Shown here: piece by piece, positions 27,211-37,167 of the stretch
Numbering within the stretch: the stretch's first letter is position 1
Layout: every line of letters begins with the position of its first letter
Notes under the pieces: model-generated
The model's database searches: none
Told to the model about the DNA's origin: nothing
Seen by the model: the letters and a program-made list of their open reading frames with translations, nothing else
IMG/VR virus record: IMGVR_UViG_3300036790_000408
Coordinates: 32,001-96,000 of that record
Length of the DNA stretch: 64,000 nucleotides
Direction: 5' to 3' (one strand)
Source of the DNA: a virus
Made by a program: the position numbers and the translations under genes

Positions 27211-27867
27211 ATGGGAAGGACTCCAGACTTATCCGACCAAGAGTTCGGTCGGTTGAGGGTTCTATCGTTCGCTGGTCGGGATAGGGCCGGTAGAGCGCGT
27301 TGGCTTTGCCAATGTGAGTGCGCCAAAGAAGTTGAGATTAACGCATATCGTCTTCAAACTGGACACACGAGATCATGTGGGTGTTTGAGGATTGAGGCCT
27401 CAGTCGAAAAATTACATGGAGTACACACCAGACAAACGGCGCATGGATTATCAAAAACAAAAGAATACAAAAGCTGGAGTAGTATGATGCATAGATGCAG
27501 CAACGCACTAGCGCACAATTACTCTAACTATGGCGGTCGCGGCATAGTTGTATGCGAGCGGTGGTTTCAGTTTGAAAACTTTCTTGCTGATATGGGAGAA
27601 CGTCCCATTAGAACTTCGTTGGATAGGATCGACAATGACGGAGCCTATGAACCGGGTAATTGTCAGTGGTCTACCCCAGTCACACAAAGCGGCAATCGCC
27701 GGAACAGCCGATATATTATTGTCGAGGATAAGCGCATGACAGTTGCCGAAGCCGCTCGACAATATGGAATTGATAGAGGTGTTGTTCGTGTACGATTAGG
27801 TATGGGATGGTCGGTAAAAAAAGCGCTATCTACGCCAGTTCGAGCTTGCATCAGACGCGCGAATTAA
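27211..27867 (+). CDS. HNH-family phage endonuclease (antisense insertion)
   Basis: FGRL.V...WLCQCEC...SCGC, YGGRGI.VCERW...F..DMGERP...SLDRIDNDG.YEPGNC.W; start moved to ATG 27211. Confidence 0.85.
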   Translation: MGRTPDLSDQEFGRLRVLSFAGRDRAGRARWLCQCECAKEVEINAYRLQTGHTRSCGCLRIEASVEKLHGVHTRQTAHGLSKTKEYKSWSSMMHRCSNALAHNYSNYGGRGIVVCERWFQFENFLADMGERPIRTSLDRIDNDGAYEPGNCQWSTPVTQSGNRRNSRYIIVEDKRMTVAEAARQYGIDRGVVRVRLGMGWSVKKALSTPVRACIRRAN

Positions 27868-29189
27868 CCCTCATCTCCTTTGCTTAAACCTTCAGAAGGG
27901 ATGTTCAAGGCCGTGACCTTGGTGATCCACCCATCATGAGATCCACCTCTACCTCCGGACGGAAGGGTAAAAGTGTGATCATAATTCGACACATAAAAGG
28001 TCGATCCAGTGAAATCCGTTTTGAGGTTCTTGCCAGTGAGTGTGATCTTCTGGGTCGGCAGTAAACTTGGAAGCCCCTCGATCTGTGCCGACAGAATGAG
28101 TTCTCGCTTGGCAATATCGGTAGCGATGGACTGCGCCTTGATGTTTGCCTGGTCAGCGCTAAGCCCATCCAGATTGAAAGAATAGAGCGGGATCTGCGTC
28201 GTGCCCAACTTCGCTCCAGCTTGCTGCAAAGCGAGGATGTTATTGTCCGCGGTGACCGCTGCCTGCCCCGTGCTCAAACCACCAGAGAGACCGTGTTGGC
28301 CGGCGAAATTGTTGCCAATATAGGTCGCTCTGCCGAGCGTGGTCTGCGCCTTAGATGGATCGTAGGACATGACCAACACACGGAACGTCGAATTGCGCCT
28401 GGGGTGGTGGGTGATCTTCAGGTTCTTGCAGGGGATCTGACCATCACCTGGAGCTTGGTTCCAGGATAGCTGGATGGTATCCAGCCCGGCTCCCGGCTCA
28501 CCGAACACCAGGTCTTTTTTTGGCGTGACGTAGACGTCGTACCCGGTGTCACGCGCAAGCTGATTGAGGATCGTCCACATACTCTGGGGCACGGTGATGA
28601 AGGATTGATCAGCGGAACCATAGAGCGTGCCGACCGTTGGATTGAGGCCTCCGGAGGACAGATTGAGGATAGGATTGAAGCCAAATTCGTTGGCGATCGA
28701 CGCGACGATGTTGCCGACCTTTTGGTTTTCGTTGCTAATCCCGGCAGCAGACACCCGACCGGGAGCCAGAGGCCTCTGGGCAGCTTGGATGGCGTTCGCG
28801 ATCTTTGTCAGCACCCGCTTCTGATCAACCAGGACACCGGCCCAGTCGCGGGCATGGACCACCACTTCGTCGGTGTCCATGTCATATTCGGTCGTTATGT
28901 ATTCACCACCAAATATCCGTGTCTCCGTCGTGTTGGGCTGCTGCTGGGTGCTGTAGCCCCCAGCCGGAGTTGATGGTTGGGTAGCCTGAGTGACCGTCAG
29001 GTCGACCTCGGTAAAGCCAGGAGAGCCGGACGTCAGGGTAAATAGATCGATCTTCGCTGCGTCGAGCGCCGCCTGGGTACAGTGTAGCGTGAGGTGTCCA
29101 ACCGAACCATATGACCCACCGGTTATGTTGAAGCGATAAACCGGCACATTCATGCCGCCGATCGTGGCAGCGAAGGTGATATCGGTCAT
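27864..29189 (-). CDS. Baseplate hub (gpD/gp44-like)
   Basis: ARDWAGVLVD, SMWTILNQLARDTGYDVYV...LVF; between LysM gene and spike. Confidence 0.75.
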   Translation of the reverse strand: MTDITFAATIGGMNVPVYRFNITGGSYGSVGHLTLHCTQAALDAAKIDLFTLTSGSPGFTEVDLTVTQATQPSTPAGGYSTQQQPNTTETRIFGGEYITTEYDMDTDEVVVHARDWAGVLVDQKRVLTKIANAIQAAQRPLAPGRVSAAGISNENQKVGNIVASIANEFGFNPILNLSSGGLNPTVGTLYGSADQSFITVPQSMWTILNQLARDTGYDVYVTPKKDLVFGEPGAGLDTIQLSWNQAPGDGQIPCKNLKITHHPRRNSTFRVLVMSYDPSKAQTTLGRATYIGNNFAGQHGLSGGLSTGQAAVTADNNILALQQAGAKLGTTQIPLYSFNLDGLSADQANIKAQSIATDIAKRELILSAQIEGLPSLLPTQKITLTGKNLKTDFTGSTFYVSNYDHTFTLPSGGRGGSHDGWITKVTALNIPSEGLSKGDEG

Positions 29190-30082
29190 GAACTCGGGCT
29201 GGGCGGAATATTCAGCGTGTAGGAGCCGATCGGCTGCGGGTCGGTGAGACCGTTGGCGGTCGCTATGGTGCGCCAGTCGGAAGCGTCGCCATAGTACATC
29301 GCCGAGAGGACGTAGAGGTTCGGATTGATGGTCTGGATCGTGGTCTGTGGCGCTGCGGCGGCCTGGAAAACGTTCTGGATACCAGACACACGGGCCGCCA
29401 CGTCAGTCGCCGGCGAACTCACGGCGGGGTTTGCGCTGGCCTGGTAAGGCTGCAGGGTGGCCAACCCCTGTTGGGTGGACGCAAACACCGCCGCCTGCCC
29501 AAGCGGCGCCGTCTGGCTCGAGAAGCCACCTGATGCCGCGATTGTCTCTTGGACTTGGAGTAACACCGCGCCCGCGACGCCGCCGATGGCGATGGCCGCG
29601 GCTTGACCGACAAAGCTTGGATCTAGGCCGTACTGGATGAGCGACTGCAAAGCGAGGATGTGCAGCGCTAGCACCGTCCCGAGGTTCCCTGTGGTCGGCA
29701 GGGATGGGGCGCCAGAGCTGATGTCGAGCCGAGGCTTAAATTCCAGTTCGTACTCGAACAGCCATTGGCTGCGTGCGGTCGGAGTGAACTTGACCACCCG
29801 TCCGAGCCACGCGTTCGGACCGAAGGAGAGTTGGACCTCGTTGCCGGTGTAGAGGATGCGCTTGACCGCATTCATCCGGTCGGAAGCATCGGCGCCATGG
29901 AACTTGCCCGACCACTTCTGCTCACCAGGAAAGTATCCGTATGACTTCTGCTCAATGATCCCGCCCGGGTACTCGTGACACGAGATCAGTTGCATGCCAG
30001 CGAGGTCTGACAGCCGCTCCGGAACTTCGAGGTTCGCCTCGTCGAAGATGAAGCTGTCGAGAACCAGAGGGGTCCACGCCAT
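29186..30082 (-). CDS. Tube initiator/DNA-circulation-like protein with C-terminal LysM
   Basis: NLYVLSAMYYGDASDWRTIATANGLTDP...LNIP; follows tape measure. Confidence 0.75.
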   Translation of the reverse strand: MAWTPLVLDSFIFDEANLEVPERLSDLAGMQLISCHEYPGGIIEQKSYGYFPGEQKWSGKFHGADASDRMNAVKRILYTGNEVQLSFGPNAWLGRVVKFTPTARSQWLFEYELEFKPRLDISSGAPSLPTTGNLGTVLALHILALQSLIQYGLDPSFVGQAAAIAIGGVAGAVLLQVQETIAASGGFSSQTAPLGQAAVFASTQQGLATLQPYQASANPAVSSPATDVAARVSGIQNVFQAAAAPQTTIQTINPNLYVLSAMYYGDASDWRTIATANGLTDPQPIGSYTLNIPPSPSS

Positions 30083-32463
30083 CAGAAGCCAATCGCTCCA
30101 GGGGTAGTATAGGGCGACGCCAGAGTGCCTTGCCCTTCAGATGAGGCATTTGCCACATGAGTCGCCAGGTTGCTTGTAATCCAACTCACAATGCTGGACT
30201 TCATCATTTCGTCGAACACGCCACTAAGGTTTAGCGTGAAGTTGTTGGTGACGTTGGGCGTCGTTACAACCGGGACCGCATCGGCTCTAGGTCCGGCGCG
30301 GCGATTGAAAACCATGCTCTCGATCTTAGCGGAGCCGGTTTCTGTCCCGGCGTACGACAGGACTTGATCAACCAAAGCGGCGACTGGAAGAAAGCGAGCG
30401 AGCCCCATCAGACTCGCTCCCCATGCGCCACCAGCAGATCCAGTAACTCCTGTCGCCGCACCAGTCGCGGCAGCGGCGCCCTCTCCAGGAATTAACCAAT
30501 TCCAAGCAGCGCGCGGCCCAGCAAGGATCTTATTGGCCCCCCACATACCAGCGCCCAATGCAGCGGAGGCTGCGACCGTAAGACCACCCCAGCCGCCCGC
30601 CGCCGCTATAGTCGGATGCTCCTTTAGAAAAGTATTGAAGCCAATGAGGTAATAATTCAACGTCTTCATAGCATCATTCAAGCCAGGGAGCGTCCTGTCG
30701 GCCAGTGTCGTGCCAATATTGCTAAAATTAGCGAGCATCTGTTCGAACTGCTGCATCGGTGTGGCGGCGATAGCTGCCTGCATAGAGACCGCAGACGGCG
30801 GATTTTTCATGTTCTCCAAGAAGGTAAGTAGCTTTGGGACAAGGGTTGGATCGGTGAATAGGGCCGCCTCACGCGAACCGCGAACCGTGAAAGCATCCCG
30901 CAGGATTTTCAGGTCTTCGATGTTCGTGTGCTGACGAAGCGCCAAAGCAATCCGGCGCATCATCTCGTCACTATCTACCTTACCTCCTGGGGCGACCCTG
31001 TCTTCCACTTGCCCAGCCTCATTATAGAGGCCGAGTTCTTTCATCGCCCTGACGTGAGCGGTGCCACCCTTCTCCCTGACCTCGTGAAGCCTGCTTGGTT
31101 CCAGACTAAAGGTCTTCTCGAAGGTGCGCTCAAGATCGCGGGTCCGACTCGCGGCGAGGTTGGCTGAAATTGGGCCGCCGGTTTGTGATAGGCCGGTGAG
31201 CATTTGACCGACACCGGTGCCGGCCGTCGTGCCCGTAAAGCCCATAACCTGGAAGAAGCCAGTCAGCGCGGCGATCTTGTCGGCGTCGATGCCAGCGGCT
31301 TCGCCAAGTGGAACGGAGTACCTCAACACCCCCAACTCGCCAGCCACGGTGTCTCCAGTGGCAAGAGATAAAGCGAGGAGGTGGTTTAGGCCCTCCTCCA
31401 GCGGCTTGCCGCCGTAGCGATGCGTCATGTGGGCATATCCGACACCAGCCGCCAAGCTGCTTTGCAGACTACCGCGGTGGTATTGCTCCGCAACCTCAGC
31501 GAACCGCAGGCCGGTCGGCAGCATGGTCTCGAATTTCTCTCGTCTCTCTTCCGGTGTGGCGAACACGGCGCTGAATTGGCCCGTGATCCCAGGGAGAGCA
31601 TTTGCTCCCTTGGTTTCAGAGTAAATCGTTCCTCTTGTACCTTCAGAAACCTTGCCTTTGAGCTGCTCCTTGAGGGCCTCAAAGTTGGGATCGTTTGGAT
31701 CATAGCCCATTTCGACAAGGGATTGCTGCAAGGCGAGATCCTTCGTGAAGGATCCCTTCTCAGCCATAAAACCAAGACCGCCACCGATGATGGGCATCAT
31801 GCCATGGAACACGCCACCGATAGCGCCACCCACCATCGCGCTGCGATTTGCGGCATTCCTTGCTTCGGCGTCGCGTTGAGCGTTGTCGTACTGTGCTTGG
31901 CGGCGTCGATTAGCCTCGACGACATCCATATCTCTATTTTCGGCGGTAGCATTGGCAAAATCATCACCCTCGCCCCAGTATGGTCGGGGAGCAGGGCCAT
32001 AAAGGCCATTGTCCTCACGAGCACCGCGCTGTCGATCGATAGCAGCGTTCTGCTGTTGAGCAAGGGCGTAATTACGATTGTAGATTTGATCTTCGTTGGC
32101 ATTCATCCAACGAGCGTTCGCCCAGTCTTCACCGAGTGGATCATTGGGATTTCTGCGACCACCCCCGCGACCACCGCCAACGCCTCCACCGGGCGCCATC
32201 CCACGACTAGCTGCATCGGCCCGACTGAATGCCCCAGCTAGCTCATCCGCTTGCCTGACGAGACGTTGCATCCCCGTGCTGGTTTCCGCCAACCTAGCCT
32301 GCATTCCACTGAATGCCTGTTCGCCGATAGTAGCGAATTTGGCGTTGAGCGCGGTGGCCTGTTCGGCCAGTCGGCTGAATGCTTCACCAATTCTGGTAAG
32401 CGCTGGTGTAGCCTCATCGACGATGGAAAAGATAGCACCAACTTCGTAACTAAGAGTTGCCAC
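30082..32463 (-). CDS. Tape measure protein
   Basis: 793 aa, Ala/Gly-rich helical; G..AGTG...ML..L motif; hydrophobic segments; position. Confidence 0.85.
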   Translation of the reverse strand: MATLSYEVGAIFSIVDEATPALTRIGEAFSRLAEQATALNAKFATIGEQAFSGMQARLAETSTGMQRLVRQADELAGAFSRADAASRGMAPGGGVGGGRGGGRRNPNDPLGEDWANARWMNANEDQIYNRNYALAQQQNAAIDRQRGAREDNGLYGPAPRPYWGEGDDFANATAENRDMDVVEANRRRQAQYDNAQRDAEARNAANRSAMVGGAIGGVFHGMMPIIGGGLGFMAEKGSFTKDLALQQSLVEMGYDPNDPNFEALKEQLKGKVSEGTRGTIYSETKGANALPGITGQFSAVFATPEERREKFETMLPTGLRFAEVAEQYHRGSLQSSLAAGVGYAHMTHRYGGKPLEEGLNHLLALSLATGDTVAGELGVLRYSVPLGEAAGIDADKIAALTGFFQVMGFTGTTAGTGVGQMLTGLSQTGGPISANLAASRTRDLERTFEKTFSLEPSRLHEVREKGGTAHVRAMKELGLYNEAGQVEDRVAPGGKVDSDEMMRRIALALRQHTNIEDLKILRDAFTVRGSREAALFTDPTLVPKLLTFLENMKNPPSAVSMQAAIAATPMQQFEQMLANFSNIGTTLADRTLPGLNDAMKTLNYYLIGFNTFLKEHPTIAAAGGWGGLTVAASAALGAGMWGANKILAGPRAAWNWLIPGEGAAAATGAATGVTGSAGGAWGASLMGLARFLPVAALVDQVLSYAGTETGSAKIESMVFNRRAGPRADAVPVVTTPNVTNNFTLNLSGVFDEMMKSSIVSWITSNLATHVANASSEGQGTLASPYTTPGAIGF

Positions 32464-32464
32464 T

Positions 32465-32947
32465 TTAGGTGCTCGGGTTCAGGAGGTTTATAGCAACTCT
32501 TCCGGCAATCTCTTCGGCTCCCTTGGATGCCTCCATCATGGCCTTGGCCAAGAATGGACGCGGCGGGATCGGGCGCTTGGCTCCAGGCGTGCCCATCTCC
32601 TGCCATAGAGCAACCTTGGAATTGCTGCCGACGATACCGATCAGGCCGACGGCGCCACTCTCGATGCTATCTTTCAACTCGCCGGTGTCGCCTCTTAGTG
32701 GTTCGAAGCCAAGCGACTCGGAGAAGCCTCGCTCTCGCTTACCCCTAATCCAAAAACCATGGTCGCCACGGAACCCCTCAATGGTGGGCTGATGCAATTC
32801 CTCCCAGGTGTCCTGCGGCTTGCCAATGTAGCCCTTTGCCAAGACCTCCGCCGTCCCGGCTACGGTCTCGACCAGCACCTCAAGCTCCGCATGACACCGC
32901 ATGGCCGCGCGCTCGAAGTGCGCCGCCATCTCGTTCAAGGTGTACAT
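32465..32947 (-). CDS. HK97 gp10-like/virion morphogenesis protein
   Basis: W..L...TI, PL.GDTGELKDSI, VGSNSKVALWQEMGT...IPPRPFL. Confidence 0.75.
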   Translation of the reverse strand: MYTLNEMAAHFERAAMRCHAELEVLVETVAGTAEVLAKGYIGKPQDTWEELHQPTIEGFRGDHGFWIRGKRERGFSESLGFEPLRGDTGELKDSIESGAVGLIGIVGSNSKVALWQEMGTPGAKRPIPPRPFLAKAMMEASKGAEEIAGRVAINLLNPST

Positions 32948-32956
32948 CGGAACCTC

Positions 32957-33151
32957 TTAGGGCTGCCGCAGGGTGCGGATAGGCGGAGGGGATATCTCTC
33001 CGGTCTTCCAGTCGATGACGTAGCCATCCTGTTTGAAGCAGGCGTAATACATGCACATCCGATCAAACTCATCGAGGCTCATGACCTCCTGCCAAGTGCC
33101 GAAGCCCTGCCTGACCAGATAGACGCCCTGCTGGAATATTACGTCCTCAAT
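32957..33151 (-). CDS. -1 frameshift extension of tail assembly chaperone (gpT-like)
   Basis: After the A9 run the -1 frame reads IEDVIFQQGVYLVRQGFGTWQEVMSLDEFDRM...RQP* and ends 10 nt before the next gene. Confidence 0.7.
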   Translation of the reverse strand: MEDVIFQQGVYLVRQGFGTWQEVMSLDEFDRMCMYYACFKQDGYVIDWKTGEISPPPIRTLRQP

Positions 33152-33675
33152 TTTTTTTTGACGAGCGGCAACTCAGTCGTCAGCAGCGGAGGCCAATGCT
33201 CTAGGTCATAGTAGATCAGCAAGTCGATCGCTACATCGCCAATCTGGTTAGCGAGTTTGGTGCGTGTGATCTCGTCGATAACGGTGGTGGGAGAAACGCC
33301 ATTGATCGACCGGATACCGAGCAGAATGCGTGTGAGCAAGTACTCGGAGCGGCTGGTGTCCCGGCCGGCATAAATGCGGGCGACTCGATCTATGGTGCTG
33401 ATATCGGCCCGCGGACCGTACTCGATGGTCAGGCCATTGGGCGCGGTAAACTCGATGGTCTCGATATTCTCCCGGTGCGGCGGTGGCTCTGGCGGCGGCT
33501 CGTCGGTCGGCGCGGTGCTGTGCGAAAGATCGGTGCGCGCCTGCTCGTGGATCTGTTTGCGTCTTCGGAGGATCTCTTCCCGGTTAGCTTTCTGACCCTC
33601 CGCCGCCTGCCCCATCGGGCCTGGCCCATCGGAGGTCGGCTGCCGATTGATCGTGATCCGCGCTTCAGACGCCAT
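33139..33675 (-). CDS. Tail assembly chaperone (gpG-like)
   Basis: Directly after tube gene; ends GTC AAA AAA AAA TTG (slippery A AAA AAA, 33151-33159). Confidence 0.75.
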   Translation of the reverse strand: MASEARITINRQPTSDGPGPMGQAAEGQKANREEILRRRKQIHEQARTDLSHSTAPTDEPPPEPPPHRENIETIEFTAPNGLTIEYGPRADISTIDRVARIYAGRDTSRSEYLLTRILLGIRSINGVSPTTVIDEITRTKLANQIGDVAIDLLIYYDLEHWPPLLTTELPLVKKKLRT

Positions 33676-33689
33676 AGTGCTCCTTCACG

Positions 33690-33742
33690 AAAAAAGGGGG
33701 GCTCCTCTCGCTGGCTACTGCCAGCACGTGAGCCCCCCTTTT
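33690..33742 (-). terminator. Intrinsic terminator between tube and chaperone genes
   Basis: Perfect 13-bp inverted repeat AAAAGGGGGGCTC / GAGCCCCCCTTTT with inner GCTGGC/GCCAGC; six T after the stem on the minus strand. Confidence 0.75.
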
Positions 33743-33761
33743 CCCAGGTTGTTTGGCGTAA

Positions 33762-34253
33762 CTACGCCGGTAGATTATTCAGGAATACCGCAAGAGTTCC
33801 AGAGCCGTACATCTGCGACGCCTCGATCGACATCTTGCAGTCGACCTCCTTGGTGCCGCGAAAATCTCCGAAATCCCAATCGTTCAACTGCACACCGTCG
33901 AGCTGATATTCATCCACCGAGCCATCCCGGTTGCGGATGTTCATCATGATATACATCTGGCTGATGATACCGGATGTGTAATAGCCTTGCGACAGGTCCA
34001 TATAGAGCTGCGAGAATGCCGGCCCTGTGCGGACAAATGTCATGGTTCCGCGTAAGCCGTTGGGGATACTCTGGTTGACCGGAATGCCAGAGTTGCTGAT
34101 TGGGGTTACCTTCATCTTCACGTCTACTGATCTGATGTCGAACTGAGTCATCAGACCTAGCATCGCTTCGTTGAAAACGTCCCCATAGGCGTCCATGATA
34201 GCGAAACTCACATCGCTACCGACATTAAATCCTTGTATCGTCACGGCAGCCAT
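33762..34253 (-). CDS. Tail tube protein
   Basis: 163 aa directly after sheath; G.MTFVRTG beta pattern. Confidence 0.8.
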   Translation of the reverse strand: MAAVTIQGFNVGSDVSFAIMDAYGDVFNEAMLGLMTQFDIRSVDVKMKVTPISNSGIPVNQSIPNGLRGTMTFVRTGPAFSQLYMDLSQGYYTSGIISQMYIMMNIRNRDGSVDEYQLDGVQLNDWDFGDFRGTKEVDCKMSIEASQMYGSGTLAVFLNNLPA

Positions 34254-34267
34254 ATGAAACTACCCTC

Positions 34268-36223
34268 TTAATTTGGCTGCAGGGTTGCCTGCTGCTGGGT
34301 CAATGATCCCGACACCTCAACCACCGTCGTGCCGCCCTGCAATGACAGAACAAAGAACCTGACGTTGGAGAGATATTTGACCTGCCAGAGCGCGAACATG
34401 TAGTGCTGAGAAACCGAAGCTGGAGTGTTTATGCCGAGCCCAGGCTGCGCGTTCGGTGCGCTACTGAATGTGCAGGTCACCAGGAAGTCGTCGATCTGAG
34501 GAGTTGCCCCACCAGTGAGCGAATTCAAAAACTGGTTCGATTGCAGAGCGAAGCCAGCGCGCAGTGGGTCTTGTGACGATTGACTCTGCAGCTCGTTCAC
34601 ATAGGAACCGATGAAGTTCCCCGCCGACCTGGCAAGCCACATCGTCATCCTCCAGTACTCCGCCGGCTTGGTGGCGGCAACGAGCGATGATGTCTGGCCG
34701 TGGCGGATACCAAATACCCTGCCGCGCGGAATTGGATTGGCAACGAGCGTGATGCCGGCGGACTCTAGAAGTCCTATCTCGCTAACGCTGTACTGCTGGT
34801 TTCCAGTCTGTGGATTGTTACGCTCCGTGCCGATGACGAGATTGACCGGCTTGTTGCCGGGCGATTGCGCTGGACCAAGTGTGGCCCACGTGCCGCCGAT
34901 GACCGGTGAGGCAGGCACGAGACGCTGGATCGCGTTGATCGTGTCGTAGAAATAGATCCAATCCTTGGTGAACATGATGCTGGGGTCGGCGACCCCGGTG
35001 TTGTTCGCCAAGGTGATGGCCGAACTGACGGTCTGACCGCTGGCGAATGGGATGATCCCGGAGGCGCCATAGGACTGGCAGAATTGCAAGATGGTCGCTG
35101 CCGCCGCGATATCCGTCAGACCGCAGATCCAGACTATCCCTACTGCCGGGTTCAGATCCCCCAGGGCATAAAGACCGGTTGCAGGCGTCGTGGTGCCGCT
35201 TCCGAGCAGTATGGCAGTGGTAACGCCGGTACGGCCGTCGGTGCCACCTGAGAACGTCGTCGTGCCGGCTGATGGGGCGCCAACACCCGGAGCGACCCAG
35301 GCCGCCGAGAAGCTGTTGGAAGGCCCGCGTGCCGCGCTCTGGCCGTTGTTGATCGCGCTGACCAAGGCTTGGGAGAAGCCGGCGCTCGGCAGGTTGGTAT
35401 AGACCTCCGACAAGCCTGTAGGCGGTATGAGCGTCACATTCCATGTGTTCGATTGCGTCCCTGCCGTAACCACCGCAGTGCACAGATTGCCGAGCACGCC
35501 GGTATAGAGAGCAGTGACAGCAACGCCGCCGGAGCCACCCGAGCCGGACGCCAGCGTGATGGTTTCAGAAGCGGTGCCGGTGACAGACTCGCTCCAGGTG
35601 ATGGAGGGACTGAGCGATGCCGGCCAGTACAGGGTGACCACACCCGTCGCCGCAACAGCGTACACGCCGACCGCCGCAAGAGCCGCATTGGCGTTGATCG
35701 CCAAGGTCAGGCCAACAGCCTCGGACGTGGACGTATCGCCGGCCCTGGTCGTGTAATTGACGGTCACCGGCGAGCCGGATATGGCGGACGATGTCGCCGT
35801 CAAATGCATGACGTCGCCAACCGTTAGGCTGCCGGCTATCGTGGCAGTTTCAGGCGTCGCCGCCGCGGCTACCGCGATCGTGCCGGTTGCCTCGGTGTCT
35901 GTGCCATCGGAAACGCGCACCGCATAACCTTCGAGGGTGGCTTGCGAGGTGGATTGACCGAACGCGAGATAAAGGTCGGTCGCCAGATCATGCACGTCGG
36001 AGACAGAGGCGGCAGACAACTGACCGAATTGCTGCGTTGCATCCAGGCCAGAGCCCATGTGCACCGGCGTGTTCTTCGGCCCCCACGACGCGGTGCCGAC
36101 CATGCCAACCACATCGGTCGGTGTGCCCGTGATGAAGTTCGGTGGTGCGACAATGGAAATGTAGGCGTCGTCGGTCGTCAGAGCCGGGACGTTGATCTGC
36201 CCCGAGGTAATAATCTGGACCAT
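34268..36223 (-). CDS. Tail sheath protein
   Basis: VVGMVGTASWGPKNTP, FSGGTDG, AGITLVANPIPRG..FGIRHG; 651 aa. Confidence 0.9.
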   Translation of the reverse strand: MVQIITSGQINVPALTTDDAYISIVAPPNFITGTPTDVVGMVGTASWGPKNTPVHMGSGLDATQQFGQLSAASVSDVHDLATDLYLAFGQSTSQATLEGYAVRVSDGTDTEATGTIAVAAAATPETATIAGSLTVGDVMHLTATSSAISGSPVTVNYTTRAGDTSTSEAVGLTLAINANAALAAVGVYAVAATGVVTLYWPASLSPSITWSESVTGTASETITLASGSGGSGGVAVTALYTGVLGNLCTAVVTAGTQSNTWNVTLIPPTGLSEVYTNLPSAGFSQALVSAINNGQSAARGPSNSFSAAWVAPGVGAPSAGTTTFSGGTDGRTGVTTAILLGSGTTTPATGLYALGDLNPAVGIVWICGLTDIAAAATILQFCQSYGASGIIPFASGQTVSSAITLANNTGVADPSIMFTKDWIYFYDTINAIQRLVPASPVIGGTWATLGPAQSPGNKPVNLVIGTERNNPQTGNQQYSVSEIGLLESAGITLVANPIPRGRVFGIRHGQTSSLVAATKPAEYWRMTMWLARSAGNFIGSYVNELQSQSSQDPLRAGFALQSNQFLNSLTGGATPQIDDFLVTCTFSSAPNAQPGLGINTPASVSQHYMFALWQVKYLSNVRFFVLSLQGGTTVVEVSGSLTQQQATLQPN

Positions 36224-36243
36224 GCTGACGCCCCTTTACTGTG

Positions 36244-37167
36244 CTAACCAACCCTGTATTGAAGTATAGGCGCTAGCACAGAGTAAACTGTATCGGTGGT
36301 TGTGATGCCATACTCGACGCAGGCAAGAAAATCCCTGCGGAATGTGTCGCTCAATGTTGCTTCATCATGCTGAACATCACCATAGTACGTCATTCGTCCC
36401 AGCGTACCGTCTGGAAAGGTCAGTCCGAAGTTCGCCTCGGACTGCGCGATGGCCAGTTCGATCTGATCCGCCACCACGCTTCTGTCGTCCGGCGTCCTGG
36501 TCCAGACGACGATCTGGAAGTGTCGGTTGCGCCGGGCGATCTCGGTGGTTTGCGTACCCGTGTTCCCGGTGTTTGCCGCGACATGCATGGAACAGTCTTG
36601 CAGCGAGGTCAGGGTGACCACGGGGCCGGAGGCCGAGGCGCTGATCATCGAGCCAGCGATGTTGGTTCCCAGGTCAGCGCTGCTGTTGATCAGTGTGGCG
36701 CATTGGGCCGCCAGGGTGGTCAGCGTATCGGCAGCCGCCGCAGTGGGAACAACGCCGAAATTGTCGAACAGGGTAAGCGGTGGACGGAAGACTAGACCCA
36801 TAGCGTCACCAGTCACCACAGAGCCGCCGAGCGCCAGGGTGACCGTGCCGTATGGGCCTATGCTGTTGGCCGATAGTGTGGCCGTGAGGTTGGTCTGAGC
36901 GCTGCTCTGACCAACGATGTTCGTCAGCCAACGCGTCGTATCAGTGCCCAAACCGCGATCAAAGATGGTGATCAGAGCAGTTGGATTGACGCCTGCGTTG
37001 TTACCCTTGCGAACGTTATCCTGCAGCGCCTTGGCGCTCGGCCAACCGATGCCGGCCCTGACCGTGATTGGTAGGCCACTGGTATCGGGAGCTTGAGAGA
37101 TCAGGCCAGACGTGGCCCCAAGAACCATCGACTCGATGCCGCTCTCGACCGTCAGGAGCGTTGCCAT
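36244..37167 (-). CDS. Tail completion/terminator-like protein
   Basis: Upstream of sheath; GWP...FQIVVWT.TP..R pattern with an inserted beta domain like one in the sheath. Confidence 0.6.
   Translation of the reverse strand: MATLLTVESGIESMVLGATSGLISQAPDTSGLPITVRAGIGWPSAKALQDNVRKGNNAGVNPTALITIFDRGLGTDTTRWLTNIVGQSSAQTNLTATLSANSIGPYGTVTLALGGSVVTGDAMGLVFRPPLTLFDNFGVVPTAAAADTLTTLAAQCATLINSSADLGTNIAGSMISASASGPVVTLTSLQDCSMHVAANTGNTGTQTTEIARRNRHFQIVVWTRTPDDRSVVADQIELAIAQSEANFGLTFPDGTLGRMTYYGDVQHDEATLSDTFRRDFLACVEYGITTTDTVYSVLAPILQYRVG

Noticed and set aside
24790-36223. Stand-alone tailocin, eCIS or T6SS
   Set aside because: Terminase, portal, protease and capsid genes are present in the same operon
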